Positions 17,460 through 25,711 of a DNA stretch of 39,775 nt are shown here, piece after piece. The notes beneath the pieces are model-generated. The model did not search any database, had not been told where the DNA came from, and saw only the letters and a program-made list of their open reading frames with translations. The stretch comes from a virus. Its lineage: Duplodnaviria; Caudoviricetes. Made by a program: the position numbers and the translations under genes. The DNA lies in IMG/VR virus record IMGVR_UViG_3300031716_000600, positions 1 through 39,775 of that record; one strand, given 5' to 3'. Numbering within the stretch: the first letter of the stretch is position 1; each line of letters opens with the position of its first letter.

Positions 17460-17632
17460 GCGCGATCGAGACCCATCCCGAGGATTTGCAGGAAATCGGC
17501 GAGAAGATCGTCGAAATGGCCGAACGCGTCCGCGACATGGACAGAATTACCCCTGGCGCCGTCGCCCGGTGGGGCTTCGAGATGGATGACGTCCGCTACG
17601 GCGTGCGGATCTGCGTGGAGCCTCGGCCATGA
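17456..17632 (+). CDS. 58-aa hypothetical protein (not in ORF track)
   Basis: MSAIETHPEDLQEIGEKIVEMAERVRDMDRITPGAVARWGFEMDDVRYGVRICVEPRP; start and stop overlap both neighbours. Confidence 0.65.
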   Translation: MSAIETHPEDLQEIGEKIVEMAERVRDMDRITPGAVARWGFEMDDVRYGVRICVEPRP

Positions 17633-19128
17633 GCGCGATCGAGCTGGATCTCGCGCAGCGCCGGCAGGAGAATGCGGCCGGTGAAGCCGTACTGCAGGGC
17701 CTACCCAAGGGCGACTTGCTGCTCGGGTACCAGGCGAAGACGCTGGCCCAGCTCAACACCGGTGTCTCGCTGCTGGTGATCGAGAAGAGCCGGCGTATCG
17801 GCCTCACCTGGGGCGTCGCCTGCGACAGCGTCCTAACCGCCGCCGCGCAGATCTCGGCCGGCGGCCAGAATGTCTGGTACATGGGCTATGACAAGGACAT
17901 GGCGCTGGAATTCATCGAGACCTGCGCCATGTGGGCGCGGGCCTTCGGCATTGCGGCCGAGGACGTCGGCGAGGAGCTGCTTCAGGTCGACGGCATTAAC
18001 GAGGGCGTTCAGGCCTTCCGCATTCGCTTCGCCAGCGGCTTCAAGATCACGGCCCTGCCAAGCGTGCCTCGAGCGCTTCGCGGTAAGCAAGGCAAGGTCG
18101 TGATCGACGAGGCGGCGTTCCATAAGAACGTCAACGAGGTGCTGAAGTCGGCCATGGCGCTGCTGATCTGGGGCGGGCAGGTCATTGTCATCTCGACGCA
18201 CGACGGCATCGGCAATCCGTTCAACCAACTGATCGACGACGTCCGCGCCGGCCGGCGCCGCGGCAAGGTTGCAACCATCACCTTCGCCGACGCGATGGCG
18301 GACGGCCTCTACGAGCGCGTCGCCCTGGTCGCGCGGACCAAGGGCGCGGCGATCGCCGACAAGGAAAGCTGGGAAGCGGAGATCCGCGCGACCTACGGCG
18401 ACGACGCGGCCGAGGAGCTCGACTGCGTGCCAAAGGCCGGATCTGGATCGCTGATCAAGCCCGAGGACATCGCCGCGGCCGAACATGCCGATGCAGGCCG
18501 GCCCGAACTTTACGCCGGCGGCCTGCTCTATGTCGGCCGCGACGTCGCCCGCCGCAAGGACGGCGCGATCATTCATGGGTTCGAACTGGTCGGCGACGTG
18601 CTGTGGCTGCGCGATCGTTATCGTGAGACCGGCACCACCTTCGCGCACCAGGATGCGTTCTTCGACGATCTCTTCGTCAACCGCCGCGTCGCTTATGCCG
18701 GCATCGACCAGACCGGCATGGGCGAGAAAGTGGTCGAGGACGCGCAGCTCCGGCATGGGGCCACTCGGGTCAACGGCGTGCTGCTGACCGGCCCGAACCG
18801 GCTCGACCTCGCTATCTCGCTCCAGCAGCGCTTCGAGCGTGGCCTTATCCGCATCAACGCCGATCCTGTGCTTCGAGCGGACCTCCGAGCGATCAAGAAG
18901 AGCGGCAGCGACACTGGCGGCGTCCGCATCGTCAACGATGGTGAGGTCCACGCCGACGAGTTCTGGGCCGCGGCTCTCGCCAGCCGGGGTGCCGACCAGC
19001 CTTTCCAGGAATTCGGCTACCATGCCCTTCAGCGCCGCCCGGTCGAAGCCGGCCGAATGGCGATGCGGCCGACCGATGACAATCCGACCGGCAGCCAGGC
19101 GCGCTTCGGCGGCGCCGGCGCCTGGTGA
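17629..19128 (+). CDS. Terminase large subunit (Mu gp28-like)
   Basis: EKSRRIGLTW, VIDEAAFH, ISTH.G..NPF, GRDVAR..D, IDQTGMG, HADEFWA. Confidence 0.95.
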   Translation: MSAIELDLAQRRQENAAGEAVLQGLPKGDLLLGYQAKTLAQLNTGVSLLVIEKSRRIGLTWGVACDSVLTAAAQISAGGQNVWYMGYDKDMALEFIETCAMWARAFGIAAEDVGEELLQVDGINEGVQAFRIRFASGFKITALPSVPRALRGKQGKVVIDEAAFHKNVNEVLKSAMALLIWGGQVIVISTHDGIGNPFNQLIDDVRAGRRRGKVATITFADAMADGLYERVALVARTKGAAIADKESWEAEIRATYGDDAAEELDCVPKAGSGSLIKPEDIAAAEHADAGRPELYAGGLLYVGRDVARRKDGAIIHGFELVGDVLWLRDRYRETGTTFAHQDAFFDDLFVNRRVAYAGIDQTGMGEKVVEDAQLRHGATRVNGVLLTGPNRLDLAISLQQRFERGLIRINADPVLRADLRAIKKSGSDTGGVRIVNDGEVHADEFWAAALASRGADQPFQEFGYHALQRRPVEAGRMAMRPTDDNPTGSQARFGGAGAW

Positions 19129-20504
19129 CCGCCATGACCCCGAACCTCATCCGCCTGGCCGCGCCGTCGACCGCGCCGATCGCCGCCTACACGTCGCCGG
19201 CCGAGACTGGCGCGCCGCCGCCGCTTGTCGACCACCTCGGCCGTCCGCTCCGGCCGGAGCAGATGACGATGGAGGTGGCCGGCCCGACCACCACCGGCGT
19301 TCGCAACATTACAAGCGGCCATCCGGCACAGGGCCTTGATCCTCAGCGCCTGGCGACGCTGCTCCGCGCGGCCGAGGACGGCGACGCGGTTGCCTACCTC
19401 GAGCTTGCCGAAGAGATGGAGGAGAAGGATCTCCACTACCTGTCGGTGCTCGGTACACGGAAGCGGGCGATCAGCCAGCTGCCGATCGAGGTGATCGCGG
19501 CCGGCGACACCGAGGAGCAGCAGGGCGACGCGCAGCTGATCCGCGACTGGCTTGACCGCGACACGCTTGAGAGCGAGCTGTTCGACATCCTCGACGCGAT
19601 CGGCAAGGCCTTTAGCGTCACCGAGATCGTGTGGGAGATGTCGAGCAAGACCTGGCTGCCGGGCAAGCTCAAGTGGCGCGACCCGCGGTGGTTCGAGTTC
19701 GACCGGGTAGATGGGGAGACGCTGCGCCTGAGGGACATCGGAGAAAGCCAGCCGCTGGCTGCCTTCAAATACATCCAGCATGTCCACCCAGCCAAGTCAG
19801 GGCTGACGATCAGGAGCGGTCTCGCCCGGCCGGTGGCGTGGTTCTACCTGTTCAAGAATTACTCGATCAAGGACTGGGCGACCTTCCTCGACGCCTACGG
19901 CATGCCGCTGCGGGTCGGGAAGTATGAGAACGGCACCACCGAGGACAACATCCGCCTGCTGATGCGGGCGCTGGCCAATCTCGGATCCGACGCGGCGGCG
20001 GCCATTCCCAAATCGATGGAGGTCGAGTTCATCGACCGCAAGGGCGGCGAGAACGGCGACATCTTCAAGAGCATGGCGGAGTTCTGCGACTTGCAGGTCT
20101 CCAAGGCCGTCCTCGGGCAGACGTCGACCACCGACGCCGTTGCCGGCGGGCTGGGTTCCGGCCAGGCCAACACCCACAACGACGTCCGCGGCGACATCGA
20201 GCGGGCCGACGCCAAGCTGCTGGCGGCGACCCTCAACCGCGACCTCATCCAGCCGATCGTCATGCTCAACCGGGGGCATCGGGACAAATATCCCAAGCTC
20301 CGCATCGGCCGGGCGGAAGAGATCGACCTGAAGAACTTCCTCGCCGCGACCGACGCAGCGCTGCGCTATGGCGTTCCGGTCGGCAAGACGACGTTTCGCG
20401 CCAAGACGGGTCTGCCCGCGCCGGCCGACGATGAGGAGCTGCTCGAGGCGCCTGCGACGGCCGCGGCGCCGGCGGACGGAGGCGCCAATGCAGACGCCGT
20501 TTAA
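19125..20504 (+). CDS. Portal protein (Mu gp29 / DUF935), lacking the usual C-terminal helical domain
   Basis: AEEMEEKDLH, YGMPLRVGKY, SKAVLGQT, HNDVR.DI..AD; stops at TAA 20502. Confidence 0.93.
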   Translation: MTAMTPNLIRLAAPSTAPIAAYTSPAETGAPPPLVDHLGRPLRPEQMTMEVAGPTTTGVRNITSGHPAQGLDPQRLATLLRAAEDGDAVAYLELAEEMEEKDLHYLSVLGTRKRAISQLPIEVIAAGDTEEQQGDAQLIRDWLDRDTLESELFDILDAIGKAFSVTEIVWEMSSKTWLPGKLKWRDPRWFEFDRVDGETLRLRDIGESQPLAAFKYIQHVHPAKSGLTIRSGLARPVAWFYLFKNYSIKDWATFLDAYGMPLRVGKYENGTTEDNIRLLMRALANLGSDAAAAIPKSMEVEFIDRKGGENGDIFKSMAEFCDLQVSKAVLGQTSTTDAVAGGLGSGQANTHNDVRGDIERADAKLLAATLNRDLIQPIVMLNRGHRDKYPKLRIGRAEEIDLKNFLAATDAALRYGVPVGKTTFRAKTGLPAPADDEELLEAPATAAAPADGGANADAV

Positions 20505-20892
20505 AAGCCCCACGAGGGCCTTAGAAAGGCTCGGAGCCCCCACTGGGGCCGGGAGCGCGCCGGCAGGGCTCTTAGCGGGCTCTTATGGGCCTCAGGGCGG
20601 GAAAGGGCTCGCTACCGCATCCGCCCAGCCTCCGGCTGCGCCCGACGGCATGGAGATTGCGGCCGACGAAGCCGCCGAGGATTGGGATCGATTGGTCTCG
20701 CCGATGACCGACCCTATCATCGCGCTGATCGACCGCGCCGGGAGCTTGGAGGAGATCCGCAGCGGATTGCTCGCCGTCGAAGGCGTGATGAATGCAACCG
20801 ACCTTCGCGAGGAACTGGCGCGGGGTCTCTTCTCTGCTCGCTTGGCAGGCGATGCCAGCGTCGGCCGCGAAACCGAGGAGGAAGTGGCTTGA
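20488..20892 (+). CDS. Portal C-terminal domain in +1 frame (separate gene or frameshifted part)
   Basis: WDRLVSPMTDPIIALIDRAGSLEEIR...LREELARGLFSARLAG resembles the end of Mu-like portals; GGAGG at 20478-20482 precedes ATG 20488. Confidence 0.7.
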   Translation: MQTPFKSPTRALERLGAPTGAGSAPAGLLAGSYGPQGGKGLATASAQPPAAPDGMEIAADEAAEDWDRLVSPMTDPIIALIDRAGSLEEIRSGLLAVEGVMNATDLREELARGLFSARLAGDASVGRETEEEVA

Positions 20893-21386
20893 GGCTGGTA
20901 GGGCTGCCATTCGCGCAGACATTCACCTTAACCAGGGCCGTGCCGGCGCCTGTCCGCGCTGCTACCGGCCGACTGATGACTGCCGAAGTTAATCAGCCGC
21001 GGATCGATCATGCGCCGGCGGGCGCCAGGCTGGGGCTGCTGATCGAAGCGGGCGAGACGCTCGGCCAAGCCGATCGCTGCGCCGTCGCCGCCGGCGACTG
21101 GGAGATCGAAGGGCGCGCCACCGTGCTGCACGAATATGCCGATCTGGACGGTACTGTCGTCCGGAGAGCCTATTACACGCGTGAGGTTCGACAGACTGCC
21201 AATGCGTGCCTGCGGATCGAAGGGCATCATCGGCTGATCGGCGCGCTGCAGGGCTTTCTTCCCAACCGCAACGGCCAGGTGCTCTACCGCGAGCGCAGCT
21301 GGGCGATCGCCGGCTTCCTTGACGATGGGGACGGGGCCGCGCTGGCTGGCGACGGCGCTCCCGACTACCTCTTCCGCGAAGTCTGA
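20889..21386 (+). CDS. Putative head-fibre/spike adaptor protein (TTG start)
   Basis: FTLTRA...G.L.TA.VNQPRIDH...GLLIE motif of phage fibre N-termini; strong GAGGAGG SD. Confidence 0.6.
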   Translation: MRLVGLPFAQTFTLTRAVPAPVRAATGRLMTAEVNQPRIDHAPAGARLGLLIEAGETLGQADRCAVAAGDWEIEGRATVLHEYADLDGTVVRRAYYTREVRQTANACLRIEGHHRLIGALQGFLPNRNGQVLYRERSWAIAGFLDDGDGAALAGDGAPDYLFREV

Positions 21387-21390
21387 GCCG

Positions 21391-22974
21391 ATGACCGTGC
21401 AGCGGATCCCGGTCGTCAAGCCGGAGGAGGCGCTGCGCTTCTTCCGCGAGAAGGGGCTGACCAAGAGCTTCGCCTGGCAGGACGTCTGGCAGGAGGAGCA
21501 CGCCAAGGCCTTCACCGTCGCCAAGTCGGCCGGCTTCGACATTCTCGAGGACATCCGCGCCGCGCTCGACAAGGCGATCGACGACGGCACGACCCTGGCC
21601 GACTTCCGCCGTGGGCTTCAGCCTCTCCTCGAGAAAAAGGGATGGTGGGGGCGGCGGACGCTGCGCGATCCCCTGACCGGCGAGCTGGTCGATGCTCAGC
21701 TCGGCTCTGCCCGGCGATTGCGCACCATCTTCGAGGTCAATCTACGCTCAGCCTACGCCGCCGGTCGATGGGAGCGGCTGCAGCGCAACAAGAAGGGCTT
21801 CCCCTTCCTCCGTTACGTGACGGTCGGCGACAGTCGCGTCCGACCGGAGCATCAGGCTTGGGATGGCGTCATCCGGCCGATCGACGATCCGTGGTGGGAA
21901 ACGCACTATCCGCCCTGCGGCTGGAACTGCCGCTGCACGACCCAGCCGGTCAGTCGCGGGATGATGGAGCGGCGCGGCTGGGAGGTGACGGACAGCCCGC
22001 CGCAATTTCCCGTCTCGCCCTACGTCAATCCGCGATCGGGCGAGGTCAGCAGGATCGAGGAGGGGATCGACCCGGGCTTCAGCTTCAACGTCGGCCGGGC
22101 CTACCTCGACACCCTCACCACCCGGCCGATCGCCACGGGGGAGACCACGGCGATCGACGCCAAGGCAGCCGACGCGTTTCTCGGCGCGCTGGGCGTCGAC
22201 GTTCAGGCGCCTGAAGCCGAACAGCGCCGGGTCATCTTCGATCGTGGCGGCTTTCCCCTCGCGATCGGCCCGGCCTGGATCCGCTCGGCCGGGGGCAAGC
22301 GCGTCGCGCCCGGGCGGGTGATCGAGGGCGATGATGCGCGGCCGCTCCTGCGCGACGTCGGCCGGTCGATCATCGAGCCGGACATGATCCGCACCGCCTG
22401 GGTCCAGTCGGCCAATGGCGAGCAGCTGCTCGCCCGCCGCTACATCCGCATCGTCGGCGATCGCGCGGCCATGGTCGAGATCAGCAGGGCGGGCTGGCGC
22501 TTCGAACCGATGAGCGCGCAAGCCGCGCTGAAGGTCGCCCGCGATGGCCATCATGCCTGGAGCCCGCCGGCCGGCGGTCTGATCGAGCGCTACGTCGACG
22601 AAGCGCTCCGCGGGAAGGCGCAGCAGCTGCCGATGCAACCGCTGGGCCGGCTGCCGTCGCGCCTGGCAACGGCGCTGGGCAAGCTCGGCGTGAAGGCCGA
22701 CGATCACGTGCTGGCGATCGATGCGAGCAATCTCGCCCATGCGCTGGCCCGGCACGGCAATGACCGGGATCCGGCCCGCGCCCTGCAGCCGGGCGATCTC
22801 AGGAAGGCCGAACGGATACTGCTGGCGGCAAGCGACATCAGCCGCGGCGATCCCTTCGTCACGCGCCGTGGCACGCGCTTCCACTTCCGCGCCGAGGTCG
22901 ACGGGGTCGCCTACGTCGGCGCGCTCGAGGTGAGGAGCCGAGCGGTCGTCATTCAGACATTGCGGCGGAGGTAG
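21391..22974 (+). CDS. MuF (gp30) head morphogenesis protein with long C-terminal extension (two putative BECR-fold nuclease domains)
   Basis: AFTVAK, RRLRTIFEVN, DSRVRPEH, PPCGWNCRC, IDPGFSFNVG, then about 290 extra residues. Confidence 0.9.
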   Translation: MTVQRIPVVKPEEALRFFREKGLTKSFAWQDVWQEEHAKAFTVAKSAGFDILEDIRAALDKAIDDGTTLADFRRGLQPLLEKKGWWGRRTLRDPLTGELVDAQLGSARRLRTIFEVNLRSAYAAGRWERLQRNKKGFPFLRYVTVGDSRVRPEHQAWDGVIRPIDDPWWETHYPPCGWNCRCTTQPVSRGMMERRGWEVTDSPPQFPVSPYVNPRSGEVSRIEEGIDPGFSFNVGRAYLDTLTTRPIATGETTAIDAKAADAFLGALGVDVQAPEAEQRRVIFDRGGFPLAIGPAWIRSAGGKRVAPGRVIEGDDARPLLRDVGRSIIEPDMIRTAWVQSANGEQLLARRYIRIVGDRAAMVEISRAGWRFEPMSAQAALKVARDGHHAWSPPAGGLIERYVDEALRGKAQQLPMQPLGRLPSRLATALGKLGVKADDHVLAIDASNLAHALARHGNDRDPARALQPGDLRKAERILLAASDISRGDPFVTRRGTRFHFRAEVDGVAYVGALEVRSRAVVIQTLRRR

Positions 22975-22976
22975 GG

Positions 22977-23032
22977 GGTCCGTGCGGCCTGATGTGCGAG
23001 CGCCAAGCGAACGTCCGAAACGTGCACGGATT
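22977..23032 (-). ncRNA. Candidate structured small RNA just downstream of MuF
   Basis: Outer stem TCCGTGC 22979-22985 / GCACGGA 23024-23030 encloses the hairpin ACGT-CCGAA-ACGT; a convergent promoter would start transcription at its edge. Confidence 0.45.
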
Positions 23033-23038
23033 GCGGCC

Positions 23039-23067
23039 GATATAATCCCGCCGGGACGCCACTGCAA
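23039..23067 (-). promoter_or_regulatory. Putative antisense sigma70 promoter TTGCAG-N17-TATATC
   Basis: Minus-strand -35 at 23067-23062 and -10 at 23044-23039 with exact 17-nt spacing; AT-rich patch in GC-rich DNA. Confidence 0.55.
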
Positions 23068-23139
23068 CGCCGGCCTTGGCAAGGCGTCCCTCAGCCGCCC
23101 ATAAGAGGGCTCTCAACCGATTCTGATGACCTCCTCCCA

Positions 23140-23162
23140 CCCCTGACATATGTCAGGGAAAG
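23140..23162 (+). promoter_or_regulatory. Late activator site 2 (CCCTGACATATGTCAGGG) upstream of protease/head operon
   Basis: Perfect 18-bp palindrome; near-identical to 9845-9867. Confidence 0.75.
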
Positions 23163-23242
23163 CCTTAGCTCGCCCTCTCTTATCAAGCTGACTTCCGCCG
23201 GGCTCTTGCCTGACGACGCTGGTGAGAAGGGAAGGGCAGAAC

Positions 23243-24385
23243 GTGGCAAAGGTGGTCGAACTTCAGGCTCAGGCGGCAATCGCCGACGTGCCCGTCGACG
23301 ACGGCCGTGCGCCTAACCGCATTCTGCTCTTCCCGATCGGCAAGGCCGCAAAGCCGCGCGACGATCGCGCCGCCTGGATCATCGAAGACCAGGCGCACGC
23401 CCAGGCTGTCATCGACGCCACCCAGGCCCGTCTCGGCGCAACCGACATGATGATCGACTACGATCACCAGTCCGAGAGAGCGCCCAAGGTCGCCGGCACC
23501 GCGCCGGCGGCCGGCTGGGTCAAGGGCCTCTCGGCCGAGGCCGATGGCATCTACGCCGACGTCGAATGGACCGGCACCGCGCGCCAGCAGCTGCGCGAGC
23601 GCACCTACCGCTACATCTCGCCCTGGTTCGGCTTCGACAAAGCCACGCGCCGGGTGACCCGCATCTTCAACGCCGCCCTCACCAACACCCCCGCTCTTGA
23701 ATTGCAGGCCGTCGCGGCGGCGGACCTGCACGGAGAACCTGCGTCCATGGATAAGATCATCAGCGCGCTCGGCCTCGCGGCCGGCGCCGACGAGGACGCG
23801 ATCGTCAGCGCGATCGCCGACCTCAAGACTTCCACCGCCCTCGCCAGTGTCCAGCCGATCGCGGCTGCGCTGCAGCTGGGCGAAGGTGCCACCGCCGAGG
23901 AGGTCGCCACTGCTGCGGCCGACTTCGCCCAGCGGCCCGCCGACCTCAAGCCGATCGCCCTTGCGCTCGGTGCCGCCGAGACGGCGAGCGTCGAGGAGCT
24001 GGCGACCGCCGCCACCGAGCTCAAGAAGGGCGTGATCGACCCGGCCAAGTTCGTGCCGATCGAAACGCACCAGGCCGCGCTCACCAAGCTCACGGGCATC
24101 GAGGAGGCGCAGGCCACGGCAGCCGTCGACGACGCTATCGCTGGCGGCAAGGTCGCTCCTGCGAACCGGGACTTCTATCTCGCCGCCGCGAAGAAGGATC
24201 TGCCCGCCTTCAAGGCGCTGGTCACCAACTCGCCCAGCATCCTCACCCCGGGCGCGGATGCATCGCTGGAAGGCCGCGATGTAGCCAGCGCCGATCGCCT
24301 CACCGAAGACGACCAGGCGATCTGCTCGGTCACCGGTATCAGCCCCGAGGACTTCCTCGCCCAGAAGAAGAAGGAAAACGCCTGA
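23243..24385 (+). CDS. Prohead protease I (Mu gp32-like) with C-terminal scaffold
   Basis: IDYDHQS, APAAGW, VEWT..A, YRYISP.F, AALTNTP; GTG start after GGAAGG. Confidence 0.93.
   Translation: MAKVVELQAQAAIADVPVDDGRAPNRILLFPIGKAAKPRDDRAAWIIEDQAHAQAVIDATQARLGATDMMIDYDHQSERAPKVAGTAPAAGWVKGLSAEADGIYADVEWTGTARQQLRERTYRYISPWFGFDKATRRVTRIFNAALTNTPALELQAVAAADLHGEPASMDKIISALGLAAGADEDAIVSAIADLKTSTALASVQPIAAALQLGEGATAEEVATAAADFAQRPADLKPIALALGAAETASVEELATAATELKKGVIDPAKFVPIETHQAALTKLTGIEEAQATAAVDDAIAGGKVAPANRDFYLAAAKKDLPAFKALVTNSPSILTPGADASLEGRDVASADRLTEDDQAICSVTGISPEDFLAQKKKENA
23747..24385 (+). CDS. Nested in-frame scaffolding protein (Mu Z-like)
   Basis: GGAGA SD before in-frame ATG 23747, just after the protease domain, as in Mu I/Z. 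Confidence 0.6.
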   Translation: MDKIISALGLAAGADEDAIVSAIADLKTSTALASVQPIAAALQLGEGATAEEVATAAADFAQRPADLKPIALALGAAETASVEELATAATELKKGVIDPAKFVPIETHQAALTKLTGIEEAQATAAVDDAIAGGKVAPANRDFYLAAAKKDLPAFKALVTNSPSILTPGADASLEGRDVASADRLTEDDQAICSVTGISPEDFLAQKKKENA

Positions 24386-24792
24386 TGGTTGCGCTCGCCG
24401 CCGACCGCGACACGCCGCGCCGGGAAGGCCTGGTCAACAATGACCCGGTCAAGGCCAACGTGAAGATCTTCGCTGGCGCGCTCGTCGCGCTCGATGCTGC
24501 CGGCAATGCGCAGCCGGGTTCGACGGCGCTCAACCTGGTCGCTCGCGGCCGGGCGAAGGAACTGGTCGACAACCTCGGCGGCATCGCCGGCGCGCAGCGC
24601 ATCGAGACCGAGCGAGGCTCCTTCCGCTTCGCCAACAGCGCAGCCGCGGACGCCATCACTCGGGCCGAGATCGGAGACGATTGCTACATCGTCGACGATC
24701 AGACCGTCGCCAAGACCAACGGCGGCGGAACCCGCTCCATCGCCGGCAAGATCGAGGACGTGGACGCCGTGGGCGTCTGGGTCCGGATCTGA
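24385..24792 (+). CDS. Head decoration / capsid cement-like protein
   Basis: ALAADRDTP...KIFAGALV...CYIVDDQTVA...GVWV; lies between protease and capsid genes. Confidence 0.7.
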   Translation: MVALAADRDTPRREGLVNNDPVKANVKIFAGALVALDAAGNAQPGSTALNLVARGRAKELVDNLGGIAGAQRIETERGSFRFANSAAADAITRAEIGDDCYIVDDQTVAKTNGGGTRSIAGKIEDVDAVGVWVRI

Positions 24793-24817
24793 ACCTCCAG
24801 GGGGGACAGCAGCTACC

Positions 24818-25711
24818 ATGAAAATCAATAGCGGAAACCTGAAGACGCTGAAGACTGCCTTCAGTGCCGCATTCGCGGGCGGGCTCGGCATGGCCGCGCC
24901 CGGCCACGAGCGCATCGCCACCAAGATCACGTCGACCACCGGCAAGAACGAATACGGCTGGCTGGGCAAGCTGCCGTCCATGCGCGAGTGGCTCGGCGAT
25001 CGCGTCATCAACAACATCAGCCAGTCCGATTACGCGATCAAGAACAAGCCCTACGAAAACACCATCGGTGTGGACCGCGACGACGTCGAGGATGACAACC
25101 TCGGCATCTACACCCCGCTCTTCCAGGAGATGGGGATGGAGACCCGGGCGTTCCCGTCGGTGCTTGTCTTCGACGCGCTGCGGAACGGCAATCAGACCGT
25201 CTGCTATGACGGCCAGTATTTCTTCGACACCGACCACCCGGTGCTCGACGCCAATGGCAACGTCACCTCGGTCAGCAATTACCAGGATGGTCCCGGCGAC
25301 CCTTGGTTCCTGCTGAGCACGAAGCGGGCGATCAAGCCGATCATCCATCAGGAGCGCCGGGCTTTCGACTTCGTCGCGATGGACAATCCCGACGATCCGA
25401 ACGTCTTCCACAAGAAGGAATTCCTCTACGGCGTCGATGGCCGGATGAACGTCGGCTACGGCTTCTGGCAGTTCGCCTACTGCTCGCGGCAGCCGCTCAC
25501 CGCGGCCAATTATGCCGCGGCGCGGGCGGCGATGATGAGCCTCAAGCGCGACGGCGGTCGCCCGCTCGGCATTCGGCCGGACCTCCTCCTGGTCTCGCCG
25601 AACAACGACGAGCAGGGCCGGCGCATCGTCATCAACCAGACGGATGCTGCCGGCGCTGCGAACCCGTTCGTCAACACCGCCGACCTGGAGACCTCGTCGT
25701 GGCTCGCCTGA
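24818..25711 (+). CDS. Major capsid protein (Mu gpT family)
   Basis: YGWLG.LP.MREWLGDR, DDNLGIY, CYDGQYFFDTDHPV, GYGFWQ.AY. Confidence 0.95.
   Translation: MKINSGNLKTLKTAFSAAFAGGLGMAAPGHERIATKITSTTGKNEYGWLGKLPSMREWLGDRVINNISQSDYAIKNKPYENTIGVDRDDVEDDNLGIYTPLFQEMGMETRAFPSVLVFDALRNGNQTVCYDGQYFFDTDHPVLDANGNVTSVSNYQDGPGDPWFLLSTKRAIKPIIHQERRAFDFVAMDNPDDPNVFHKKEFLYGVDGRMNVGYGFWQFAYCSRQPLTAANYAAARAAMMSLKRDGGRPLGIRPDLLLVSPNNDEQGRRIVINQTDAAGAANPFVNTADLETSSWLA

Noticed and set aside
22989-23030. Hammerhead ribozyme-like CTGATG...GAAAC
   Set aside because: The core reads CTGATGT rather than CTGANGA, and stem I with the cleavage triplet cannot be built. Kept only as an unclassified structured element.
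23041-23046. Perfect TATAAT on the + strand
   Set aside because: No -35 at suitable spacing; the minus-strand reading has both boxes. Not fully excluded.
20580-23107. 11-bp inverted match CTCTTATGGGC (20580) / GCCCATAAGAG (23097) as ends of an invertible segment
   Set aside because: Too short, no recombinase is present, and inversion would disrupt head genes.
23123-23162. Second CTGATGA...GAAA hammerhead-like match
   Set aside because: No stem II closes next to the core; the hairpin is better explained as the activator palindrome.
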